A DNA stretch of 64,000 nucleotides from Planctomycetota bacterium (GTDB lineage Bacteria; Planctomycetota; MHYJ01; WSZJ01): positions 6,528-70,527 of the forward strand of contig JACPRD010000130.1 of NCBI GenBank assembly GCA_016190145.1, given 5' to 3'. The notes under the pieces are model-generated. The model saw nothing but the letters and a program-made list of their open reading frames with translations, searched no databases and was not told the origin of the DNA. Made by a program: the position numbers and the translations under genes. Shown here piece by piece: positions 37,864 to 46,083 of the stretch (the first letter of the stretch is position 1; each line of letters starts with the position of its first letter).

Positions 37864-38741
37864 TCGATGTTCTGAATCTGCTCCTTCAACTTCTCGATCT
37901 CCGCCTTCATCGCCACGATCCTCTGCGTGAGCCGCGCGTCGTTCGCCTTCGCGCCCATCGTGTTGGCCTCGCGGAGCATCTCCTGCGAAGTGAAATCCAG
38001 GCGGCGGCCGACGTCTCCGCCGGCGGTCATCACGCTGTCGAATTCCTTGAGGTGGGACTCCTGCCGCGCGATTTCCTCGCTGATGTCGCAGCGGTCGGCG
38101 AAGAGGGCGAGCTCGCGGCCGAGGTCGGCGGGGGGCACCGGGGCCTCCGATCCGTCGAGCAGCCGCGCGATGCGCTCCTTCAGGCGGTCGCGGTAGTGCT
38201 CCACGACCGTGGGCGCGAACGCCCGGACTTCCTTCAGCTGCTTCGCGATCTCCTTCAGGATCTCCTTGAGCGGCTTTCGCAGCCTTTCGCCCTCGCGCTT
38301 GCGGGACGCCTCCAGGTCCTCCAGCGCCTTCCGGATCGCTTTCTCCACCTTGGGCCAGATCCGTTCGGCGCCGTTCCTCTCACCGTCGGGACTGCGGACG
38401 ACGCCGGGAAGGGACAGGAGCGCGTCCATGGAGATCGGCGCCTGGATGCCCAGGTCCTTCTGAAGCTGCGACAGTCCCCGGTGGTACTGCTTCATGAGCT
38501 CCCGGTCGAACGGCTCCTCTCGCGCCTCCACGCGCGTCACCACGCGCACGTCGACGTCCACGGTGCCGCGTTTCACGAGCTCCCGCACGCACTCCTCGAC
38601 CGCCGCTTCACGCGCGGCCAGCCGCTCCGGAAGGTGCGTGTGCACCTTGAGATAGCGGTGATTGACGCTGCGGACTTCGACCTCGATCGCGTCCTGCGCG
38701 TCCCGGGCGCGGGCCTGGCCGTAGCCGGTCATGCTTCTCAA
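37860..38741 (-). CDS. yicC: YicC-family stress-induced protein
   Basis: 293-aa ORF. N-terminus MRSMTGYGQA. C-terminus EMLREANTMGAKAND...EIEKLKEQIQNIE. Confidence 0.8.
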   Translation of the reverse strand: MRSMTGYGQARARDAQDAIEVEVRSVNHRYLKVHTHLPERLAAREAAVEECVRELVKRGTVDVDVRVVTRVEAREEPFDRELMKQYHRGLSQLQKDLGIQAPISMDALLSLPGVVRSPDGERNGAERIWPKVEKAIRKALEDLEASRKREGERLRKPLKEILKEIAKQLKEVRAFAPTVVEHYRDRLKERIARLLDGSEAPVPPADLGRELALFADRCDISEEIARQESHLKEFDSVMTAGGDVGRRLDFTSQEMLREANTMGAKANDARLTQRIVAMKAEIEKLKEQIQNIE

Positions 38742-38745
38742 GCGG

Positions 38746-39045
38746 CTATTTCTCCGCCGGCTGGCTGGAGCCCTGGCCTTCCATGATCGAGCGCGTCTTC
38801 TTGGCGGGCCCGATCTTGTTGATGGTGATGGCGAGGGAGACGATGAGCACGGCCAGGACGATCGTGACCTTGCCGGCCATGGTCATCGCCTTGGTGCCGA
38901 AGAACGAGTCGCCGCCCGCGCCGATGAAGGCTCCCGCGAGCCCCGTCCCGCCGTCGGAGTGCGGCGGCTGGATGAGAACGAGGAACGTGATCAGGATGCA
39001 GGCGATGACGAAGACGAGGGTCAGGATCACGACGAGCGCGCCCAT
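38746..39045 (-). CDS. secG: preprotein translocase subunit SecG
   Basis: 99-aa ORF with two TM helices flanking a Gly-rich loop (GGTGLAGAFIGAGGDSFFG). Lies downstream of tpiA. Confidence 0.7.
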   Translation of the reverse strand: MGALVVILTLVFVIACILITFLVLIQPPHSDGGTGLAGAFIGAGGDSFFGTKAMTMAGKVTIVLAVLIVSLAITINKIGPAKKTRSIMEGQGSSQPAEK

Positions 39046-39058
39046 CGAATGTCTCCTC

Positions 39059-39808
39059 TCAATGCCTCACGATCTTGACGAAGCTCTCCGCCTTCAGGCT
39101 CGCGCCCCCTACGAGCGCGCCGTTCACGTCGGCCTGGTCCATCAGGCCCCGGATGTTCTCGGGGTTCACGGACCCGCCGTACAGGATCCGCACCTCCCGC
39201 GCCGCCGCGTCGCCCGCCAGCTTCGCGAGGCGCGCGCGGATGAACGCGTGCACCTCCTGGGCCTGCGCCGGCGTCGCGACCTTGCCCGTCCCGATCGCCC
39301 ACACCGGCTCGTAGGCGAGCGTCAGTTTCAGCACATCCTCCTTCGACAGCCCGCCGAGCGCACCGTCGAGCTGGCGCCCCACCGTCTCCTGCGTCACGCC
39401 GCGCTCGCGCTCCTCCAGCCGCTCCCCCACGCACACCACGGGTTCGAGCCCCGCCTTCTGCGCGGCCCGCAGCTTCTTCCCCACCGACTCGTCCGTCTCG
39501 CCGAAGAACTGCCGGCGCTCGCTGTGCCCCACCAGCACGTACCGGCACCCCGCGTCCGCCAGCATCGACGGCGCCACCTCTCCGGTGAACGCCCCCGACT
39601 CCGCCCAGTAACAGTCCTGCCCGCCGACCGCGATCTCCGATCCCTTCAGCGCCTCCGCCACCGCCCCCAGCGCCGTGAACGGCGGACACACCAGCACCTC
39701 GCACCGCTTCTCGCCGGCCAGCCCCGACCGAAGCGCCGCGACCAGGTCGACGGCGCCCGCGCGAAGCAGGTTCAGCTTCCAGTTCCCGGCGATCAGAGGT
39801 CTGCGCAT
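39059..39808 (-). CDS. tpiA: triose-phosphate isomerase
   Basis: 249-aa ORF: PLIAGNWKLN, VLVGHSERR, AYEPVWAIGTG, ILYGGSV. Confidence 0.9.
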   Translation of the reverse strand: MRRPLIAGNWKLNLLRAGAVDLVAALRSGLAGEKRCEVLVCPPFTALGAVAEALKGSEIAVGGQDCYWAESGAFTGEVAPSMLADAGCRYVLVGHSERRQFFGETDESVGKKLRAAQKAGLEPVVCVGERLEERERGVTQETVGRQLDGALGGLSKEDVLKLTLAYEPVWAIGTGKVATPAQAQEVHAFIRARLAKLAGDAAAREVRILYGGSVNPENIRGLMDQADVNGALVGGASLKAESFVKIVRH

Positions 39809-39966
39809 GTTTCGTGCCTCGTGCTTCGTGCCTCGTTCCGAGACCCCGACTCCAAGGAATGGGGGAGCTCCGTAGTTTAGGGTGGTGCGCCGGAAAGATC
39901 AACCAATACCGGACTTAGGGGCGTCGCGATCCGGACGGATCAACGCCCCGGACTCCCCGGCCCCGC

Positions 39967-41001
39967 CTACTTCGCGGCAGCCTCTTCCTGCTTCTTCAGA
40001 TCCTCCGGATCCGGCGCGAACCTCAGATCGTCCTCCCAGAGGATCAGCTTCGTCGTCGCGTTGATCCTCTGTACGATCGCGCTTCCCCAGCGCTGCACCG
40101 AACCCGTGCGCGCCAGCATCTTCAGCCGGAACCAGCTCGACCGGACCGCGATCCGGCCGGAAATCGTGTCGTACGTCTCCTCCGTCATGCCGCTTCGGCT
40201 CAGCTCCTCGTAGGAAGTGTTCTGGAAGACCTCCGGGTTGTCCTCCTCGTCCGTCTCTTCCCGCGCGTTCACGATCCCGTCGACGTCCGATTCCTTCATC
40301 GCCGTGGAGAGCGACCGCAGGACCGCGCGGGGCGCCGTGTTGACGTTGACCCTGCCGGAACCGTACAGCGTCAGCAGGTCCGTCAGCCCCGGCTGCTTCT
40401 CGTCGTCCACCGTCTTCCCGTAGAAGTCCTCGTCCGTGATCCCCGGCACCGAAAGCAGCTCCTTGATCGTGTAGAACTTCCGGTTCGGCACACCCTCGTC
40501 GAACGCCCCCGCCTCCTCGGCGTCCATCGCGCCGGAAATCCGCCGCGCCGTGTCCGCGTCCCCGATCGCCGCGAACTCCAGCATCTCCGTCAGCCGCTCG
40601 AGCTGCTCGTCCACTACCACACCGTTCTGGTCGACCAGCGCCGGCAGGTAGAACTTCCCTTCCTCGTCCTCGATCTTCATGTACAGCTTCGTCGGCTCTT
40701 CCAGGTCCTCGTTGAAGTCGAACGGATCCAGGTCCACCAGCATCGACTCCCCCAGGTGGTCGAGCGGCGGCGTCGGCGCCTCCGCGAGGTCGCCCTCGAT
40801 GTCCGCCTTGATGTAGAGGCGGCCGATGGAGAGGCCGGCGCGAAGCGCCGACTGGTTGGAGAGGTCGCGCGAGAGGTTTCCCGCCGCCCTGTGGGCCACC
40901 TGGGCCGAAAAGGACAGCTGGAGCACGACGATGGCCAGCACCATCAGGACCAGCATGGTGAGCAGCAGCACGACCCCCCGGTCCCGGCGGTTCTTTCGCA
41001 T
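39967..41001 (-). CDS. gspK: type II secretion system minor pseudopilin GspK-like protein
   Basis: ORF 39967..41079 trimmed to ATG 41001 (MRKNRRDRGVVLLLTMLVLMVLAIVV...). VNVNTAPRAVLRSL helix-hairpin-helix-like motif is typical of GspK. Confidence 0.6.
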   Translation of the reverse strand: MRKNRRDRGVVLLLTMLVLMVLAIVVLQLSFSAQVAHRAAGNLSRDLSNQSALRAGLSIGRLYIKADIEGDLAEAPTPPLDHLGESMLVDLDPFDFNEDLEEPTKLYMKIEDEEGKFYLPALVDQNGVVVDEQLERLTEMLEFAAIGDADTARRISGAMDAEEAGAFDEGVPNRKFYTIKELLSVPGITDEDFYGKTVDDEKQPGLTDLLTLYGSGRVNVNTAPRAVLRSLSTAMKESDVDGIVNAREETDEEDNPEVFQNTSYEELSRSGMTEETYDTISGRIAVRSSWFRLKMLARTGSVQRWGSAIVQRINATTKLILWEDDLRFAPDPEDLKKQEEAAAK

Positions 41002-41136
41002 ATCGCTTAAACGACCCACTCTCCCGGACGTTGAGGCCTTCCCGAACCCCCGATTGGCCTTGACTTTCCTGCAATCCAATCTAAATTGAAACCCCGCATA
41101 CGGGGTCTTTATTTCTCACTCGGGGGATACCGCGCG

Positions 41137-42117
41137 ATGATCATGCCGCGACTGTCCGTTGCCCTTATCCTCGGCCTTGCCCTCTCCGGCACCAGCCGGG
41201 CCGACGACGACGAGTACGCTCACGTCTCACTGCGTGAAATCCGGCACAACGCCACGTCGTTCAAGGCGACCAAGGTGGCCTTCAAGTGCCGCCTGAACAA
41301 GACCGAAAACCTCTATGCCCCGTTCTACACTCCGTTCACCCCCGACCGCTACGCCCAGGTCTCCGCCTGGGGCCCCGAGTCGCAGGTTTTCCGCGAGAAA
41401 GACCGCCTCGATCTGTTCCCCAACCTGTTCGCACGCCGGGACGCCAAGTGGCTCCCCGAACTCCTCGAGACGCCGCGCTACTCCTGGATCTATGTCTGGG
41501 GCGAAGTCGTGAACGACTTCAACGACCAGCCCTGGATCGAGATGTTCGACATCGAAGTCCTCAGCGACAAGCACTACACCGATCACTCCCTCGGAGCCGC
41601 CATCCGCGGATACGAGGCGTTCGAGACGGGCGACATGGAAGGGACGCTCGCGGAGCTCTCGCGGGTCTCCGACTACGGCCTTCCGAAGACGGACCGGTTC
41701 CACGTCGTCAAGATGAAGGCCAAGGCCGCCTGGGCGCTCGGGCGGGACGAGGAGGCGAAGCGGTCGGCGGTGCGCGGGTTGCGGATCCGGCCGCGCGACT
41801 CCGAGTTGAACGCGATCCTCGAGGGCGTCGCGCCGCGCGCGCTGCCCGAAGAGGGCGAAAAGACCGAGGGCGAAGGCGGGACGAAGGAAGGCGAAGGCGT
41901 CAAGAAGGAAGGGGAAGGTGAAGGCGAGAAGAAGGAAGGCGAGGGCGAGGGCGAGAAAAAGGACGGCGGCAGCCTGAACGAGCTGCGCGAGCGCGTCGCC
42001 CGCCTGGAACGGGAGAACGAGAAGCTCCGCCTCGAGCTCGACGCCGCGAACGAGGAACTCTCGATCTCGAAGGAAATGCCGCTTCGCGTCGCCGGCGAGG
42101 GCAAGGAAGGCCGCTAG
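41137..42117 (+). CDS. secreted protein with KKEGEGEGE low-complexity repeats and C-terminal coiled coil
   Basis: ORF 41086..42117 trimmed to ATG 41137, which gives signal peptide MIMPRLSVALILGLALSGTSRA. Confidence 0.5.
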   Translation: MIMPRLSVALILGLALSGTSRADDDEYAHVSLREIRHNATSFKATKVAFKCRLNKTENLYAPFYTPFTPDRYAQVSAWGPESQVFREKDRLDLFPNLFARRDAKWLPELLETPRYSWIYVWGEVVNDFNDQPWIEMFDIEVLSDKHYTDHSLGAAIRGYEAFETGDMEGTLAELSRVSDYGLPKTDRFHVVKMKAKAAWALGRDEEAKRSAVRGLRIRPRDSELNAILEGVAPRALPEEGEKTEGEGGTKEGEGVKKEGEGEGEKKEGEGEGEKKDGGSLNELRERVARLERENEKLRLELDAANEELSISKEMPLRVAGEGKEGR

Positions 42118-42139
42118 TTCACAGGATTAAAATCATCAA

Positions 42140-42171
42140 CCGCCGGCCCCACGGGCCGGCGGTTTTGTTTT
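42140..42171 (+). terminator. rho-independent terminator
   Basis: CCGCCGGCCC-CAC-GGGCCGGCGG followed by TTTTGTTTT, 23 nt after the stop at 42117. Confidence 0.7.
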
Positions 42172-42214
42172 GGGCGCAAGTGTCCCTTGATCCACGCGGC
42201 CTCCGCTTCGCATC

Positions 42215-43510
42215 ATGTTACCCATGAGCGACGATAACCTAGTTCACTGCCCGGGCTGCCAGGCCGAGTACGACGCCACGGGGTACGACCCCGGCGACCG
42301 CTTCCAGTGCCCCTCCTGCCAGGAAATCGTGACGGTCGGCGGGGAGGCCCCTGCCGCAGCGGCGGCGGGCGGGCCGAAGGTGGCGAAGATGCCTTCGCGC
42401 GGGACGACGCGCCGGTCGCGCCCGATGGCGCCTCCGCGCGAGCGGTCGACGGCGAAGATGCGGGTGGTGAGCGACGCCGTGGGGATGGGGGCGCTCAATC
42501 CGAACCTGGACCCGAAGGCGGGCCGGCGCGGGGTGGGGACGCCGCCGGCGGCGAATCAGGGCCCGGACAAGACGATGATGATCGTCGCGGCGGTCCTGGG
42601 CGGGATCATGATCCTGGGCGCGGTGATCTACCTGGCGAAGCAGCCGAGCAAGGAGGACAAGAAGAAGGCCGCGGTCGAAGCCGCGCGGAAGGAACAGGAG
42701 AAGAAGAACAAGGCGGAGGCGGACAAACCCAACGCGGGTACGACCGGCGAAACGTCGAAGCCGCCGCCGACCAAGACCGGGTGGGACCTGGACTCGAAGA
42801 TCGAGGCCCACGTCAGCCAGATCCTCACGCTTCTGAAGTCGCATCCCGTCGACTCCGTGTTCTGGAAGACGGCGGCGCCTCTGCTCCAGTACGGGCGCGA
42901 AGCGATCCCGCCGCTCGTCGAGCGGTGGACCGACACGGATGCGGAGATCGCGATGGCGTCGCGGACGATCGTGGAGAGGGCGACGAAGAAGTCCCTGCCG
43001 GAGGAGCTTTTTGCGACGGTGACGCATCGGGCCGCGATGCTGGCGGAATTCCGGACGTGGTGGCTGACGACCGGCGTGAATGCGCAGCTGGTGAGCGAGG
43101 CTGAGTTCCTCGGGGGCGCTTCCGAATCCCCCGGTCCAGGCCCGGGTCCCGGCCCCGGGCCCGGGCCCAGGCCCGACGGCGTCGGCGGACCTCCCAAGCC
43201 GGTCGGCGGGGGAACGTCGGAGGCCGCGATGCGGCGCGATCTGCCGCAGCACCTGGCCAACTACGCGACCGGGACGGGCGAGCAGCGGGACCAGGTGATC
43301 GTCGAGGTACGGAAGTACGGAAAGGCGGTGATTCCGGCGCTGATCGGCTACCTGAAGAGCGAAGACTACGGCTGGGGGAAGGCGGCGAACTCGCTGCTGG
43401 AGCAGTTCACGAAGCAGCAGATGGGGACCCTGCCGTCCGAGGGGCGCGAGGCGTTCATCAAGAAGTGGGAAGACTGGTGGACGGCGAACCAGGCGACGTT
43501 TTCGATGTGA
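42215..43510 (+). CDS. zinc-ribbon / single-TM protein with HEAT-like C-terminal region
   Basis: 431-aa ORF. N-terminus CPGC...CPSC, TM segment MMIVAAVLGGIMILGAVIYL, Lys-rich linker. Confidence 0.5.
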   Translation: MLPMSDDNLVHCPGCQAEYDATGYDPGDRFQCPSCQEIVTVGGEAPAAAAAGGPKVAKMPSRGTTRRSRPMAPPRERSTAKMRVVSDAVGMGALNPNLDPKAGRRGVGTPPAANQGPDKTMMIVAAVLGGIMILGAVIYLAKQPSKEDKKKAAVEAARKEQEKKNKAEADKPNAGTTGETSKPPPTKTGWDLDSKIEAHVSQILTLLKSHPVDSVFWKTAAPLLQYGREAIPPLVERWTDTDAEIAMASRTIVERATKKSLPEELFATVTHRAAMLAEFRTWWLTTGVNAQLVSEAEFLGGASESPGPGPGPGPGPGPRPDGVGGPPKPVGGGTSEAAMRRDLPQHLANYATGTGEQRDQVIVEVRKYGKAVIPALIGYLKSEDYGWGKAANSLLEQFTKQQMGTLPSEGREAFIKKWEDWWTANQATFSM

Positions 43511-43610
43511 GTGGCCTGTGACCAGTTGCCTGTGACCAGTTGCCTGTGACCAGTTGCCAGTGACCAGTTGCCAGTGACCAGTTGCCAGTGACCAGTTGCC
43601 AGTGACCAGC
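43511..43610. repeat. tandem 14-nt repeat (T/A)GTGACCAGTTGCC, about 6.7 copies (reverse-complement heptamer pairs)
   Basis: Units start at 43517, 43531, 43545, 43559, 43573 and 43587, with a partial at 43601. Begins immediately after the stop codon at 43510. Confidence 0.9.
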
Positions 43611-43670
43611 ATGCAGTGAACAGGGCAGGACCAGGACTTACCCGCAGCTTCCGGCTGGTCAATTTTCCTT

Positions 43671-43775
43671 GTCACTGGCCACTGGCCACTGGCAACTGGC
43701 CACTGGCCACTGGCCACTGGTCACTGGCCACTGGTCACTGGCCACTGGCCACTGGTAACTGGTAACTGGTAACTG
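43671..43775. repeat. tandem heptamer repeat (C/A)ACTGG(C/T), 15 copies, inverted relative to 43511-43610
   Basis: GTCACTGGCCACTGGCCACTGGCAACTGG...TAACTGGTAACTG. Ends 1 nt before the stop codon of the ABC permease (43777). Confidence 0.9.
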
Positions 43776-43776
43776 T

Positions 43777-45216
43777 CTACAGGCTCCGGAGGGCTTCTAC
43801 AGGGTCGAGCCTCGCCGCCCGGAACGCAGGGTAGAGGCCCGCGATGACGGCGACGACCACGGCGAAGGCGAGCGTCGCGCCCGCCAGCGCGGGGGAGACG
43901 AGGAAAAGGCTGACGTCCTCGGGGCCGCCGCGCTGCTTCACGAACCACTGCGCGAGTTCGTTCAGGCCCTGGCCGAACGCCCAGCCGATCGCAATGCCCA
44001 GGACGGCGCCGAGGAAGCCGATCGCGGCCGCCTCGAGGAGAAACAGCCGCCGGATTTCGCGGTTGCGCGCGCCGAGGGCCTTCATGATGCCGATTTCGCG
44101 CGTCCGCTCGAGAATCGCCATCACCATCGTGTTGGCGATGCCGAAGAACGAGACGATGAGCCCGATCGAGGCGACGGCGCCGAGCACCGCCTGGAGGGTC
44201 ACGAAAACGTAGCCGATGACTTCGACGATGTCGTTGATCGTGAGCGTCCCGTACCCCATCGACTCGAGATCGCGGCGGACGGCGTCCGTCTGCGAGGCGT
44301 CGGCGACCTTGACGATCAGTGCCTGGTAACCGGCATCGGCCCCCGCGGCGCGCGCGCCCCGATATTTCGCCAGTTCCTTGCCGTGCGAGAGCGGGATGAA
44401 TACCGCGGGCGCCCAGGGCATGCCGATGTTCCGACTGTCGTAGACGCCCACGATGCGGTAGCGGCGCGTGACCTTCTTCGTCCGGACTTCCTCGTCCTTC
44501 TCCTCTTCCGGATCCGGCTCCTCCCCCTCCTTCGGCGGGTCCTTCGCTTCCTCCGTCGTCACCGGCATGTTGAACGTCAGCTTCACCGACTTCCCGATCA
44601 CCGCGTTCCACACCGGGTCGCCCTTCGCAGGGTCCAGCTCCCCCCCGTCGGCGGTCGTGAAACGCTTCACAAGCCCCATGTCCAGCACCGCGTCCGCCGG
44701 AACGACGGCGAGTCGCTCTTCCGTCGCGTCCCCGGTCCAGAAGCCGCCGGCGACGAGAGAGGCGCGGTAGAGGGGGGTCATTCCGGACTCGGGAAGCCCG
44801 ACGAATTCCACGTTCTGGCCCAGGACGTCCTTCTTCTTGCCGTCGACCTCCGACTCGATCATGAGGCGCGAGAACACGTTGATGGCGGGGTATACGGTCG
44901 CGATCCCGGGCCGGACGCGCAGTTCCTCGATGACCGCGTCGTCGAGTTTTTTAGAAGGGCCGCCGAGGGGGCGGCCGAAGTTCATGAAGTTGCGGCTGCG
45001 TTTCTGGGGGAAGACGCGGATGGTGGTGAGGTAATCGACCTGGTTGAAGAACTCGACGGTCTGGGCCTGGAGGCCGATGCCGAGGGAGACCATGAGGACG
45101 ATGGCGCCGGTGCCGACGACGACGCCGAAGACGGTAAGGAGGGTGCGGACTTTCTGGCGGCCGAGGCTGCCGAAGGAATAGCGGAACAGGTCGGCCGCGC
45201 GCATGGTGCCGCTCAT
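43777..45216 (-). CDS. ABC transporter permease, FtsX/MacB-like
   Basis: 479-aa ORF. N-terminal TM helix, large periplasmic domain, C-terminal three-TM FtsX-like module (...REIGIMKALGARNREI...). Confidence 0.8.
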   Translation of the reverse strand: MSGTMRAADLFRYSFGSLGRQKVRTLLTVFGVVVGTGAIVLMVSLGIGLQAQTVEFFNQVDYLTTIRVFPQKRSRNFMNFGRPLGGPSKKLDDAVIEELRVRPGIATVYPAINVFSRLMIESEVDGKKKDVLGQNVEFVGLPESGMTPLYRASLVAGGFWTGDATEERLAVVPADAVLDMGLVKRFTTADGGELDPAKGDPVWNAVIGKSVKLTFNMPVTTEEAKDPPKEGEEPDPEEEKDEEVRTKKVTRRYRIVGVYDSRNIGMPWAPAVFIPLSHGKELAKYRGARAAGADAGYQALIVKVADASQTDAVRRDLESMGYGTLTINDIVEVIGYVFVTLQAVLGAVASIGLIVSFFGIANTMVMAILERTREIGIMKALGARNREIRRLFLLEAAAIGFLGAVLGIAIGWAFGQGLNELAQWFVKQRGGPEDVSLFLVSPALAGATLAFAVVVAVIAGLYPAFRAARLDPVEALRSL

Positions 45217-45941
45217 CGCGGGGTCTCCGGAAGGGCCGCGACGGCGGCCGAGTCGAAGACGATCCGGCCGTCCCTGAGCTCGACGACGCGCCGGCAGCAG
45301 GAGTCGGCCAGCGGGCGCTCGTGCGTCACGAGGAGAATGGTCTGGCCCTCCTCGTTCGTGCGGCGCAGGAGATCCATCACGCTTCCCGCGGTCGCCGAGT
45401 CGAGATTCCCCGTCGGTTCGTCGGCCAGGAGGATCGCAGGGCGGTTCGCCATCGCGCGCGCGATCGCGACGCGCTGCTGCTCGCCGCCGGAAAGCTCCGT
45501 CGGGCGGTGGCCGCTTCGCGGACCCAGCGCGACCTTCTCCAGCAGTTCCTCCGCGCGGCGGCGGCGGACGGCCGGCGCGACGCCCGCGAAGACGAGGGGG
45601 AGTTCGACGTTCTGAAGGGCCGTCATGGAGGGGATGAGGTTGAACTGCTGGAAGATGAAGCCGACTTTCTCGCGGCGGTAGCGGGCGAGGGTGTCGGTAT
45701 CCGCGTCGGTGATGAGGGTGCCGCCGATTTCGACCGAGCCGGAGGAAGGGGTATCCAGGCCGCCGAGGAGGTTCAGGAGGGTCGATTTCCCGGAGCCGGA
45801 GCGGCCGACGATGCCGAAGAACGCGCCTTCTTCGACCTCAAGGTTCAGCCGGTCGAGCGCCGTGACGATTCCCCCGCCCATGCGGTAGACGCGCGTGAGG
45901 TCGCGGGTGCGGACGATGGGCGATCGGGGAGACGTATCCAA
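45213..45941 (-). CDS. ABC transporter ATP-binding protein (MacB/LolD-like)
   Basis: 242-aa ORF with apparent TTG start at 45941. Walker A GRSGSGKST, signature LSGGEQQR, Walker B ILLADEPT. 4-nt overlap with the permease gene. Confidence 0.85.
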   Translation of the reverse strand: MDTSPRSPIVRTRDLTRVYRMGGGIVTALDRLNLEVEEGAFFGIVGRSGSGKSTLLNLLGGLDTPSSGSVEIGGTLITDADTDTLARYRREKVGFIFQQFNLIPSMTALQNVELPLVFAGVAPAVRRRRAEELLEKVALGPRSGHRPTELSGGEQQRVAIARAMANRPAILLADEPTGNLDSATAGSVMDLLRRTNEEGQTILLVTHERPLADSCCRRVVELRDGRIVFDSAAVAALPETPR

Positions 45942-45963
45942 GTCATTGGAATTCTAACAGCGG

Positions 45964-45997
45964 GTGGCCAGTTGCCGGTTGCCTGTTGCCAGTGACC
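45964..45997. repeat. degenerate CCAGTTGCC/GTGACC heptamer block (left arm of second inverted pair)
   Basis: GTGGCCAGTTGCCGGTTGCCTGTTGCCAGTGACC. Related to the 43511-43610 units. Confidence 0.7.
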
Positions 45998-46047
45998 GGC
46001 AGGCGGTTGCATCCCGGAGCGGCGAGTGGGCGGAAGCTGCAGTTCCT

Positions 46048-46079
46048 GGCCACTGGCCACTGGCAACAGGCCACTGGCC
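46048..46079. repeat. CACTGGC heptamer block (right arm of second inverted pair)
   Basis: GGCCACTGGCCACTGGCAACAGGCCACTGGCC. Ends 4 nt before the stop of the GT2 gene (46084). Confidence 0.75.
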
Positions 46080-46083
46080 CTTC

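Noticed and set aside
43511-43775. Possible CRISPR array
   Set aside because: The units are 7/14 nt and directly tandem, with no unique spacers. This is a simple tandem or inverted repeat, not a CRISPR array.
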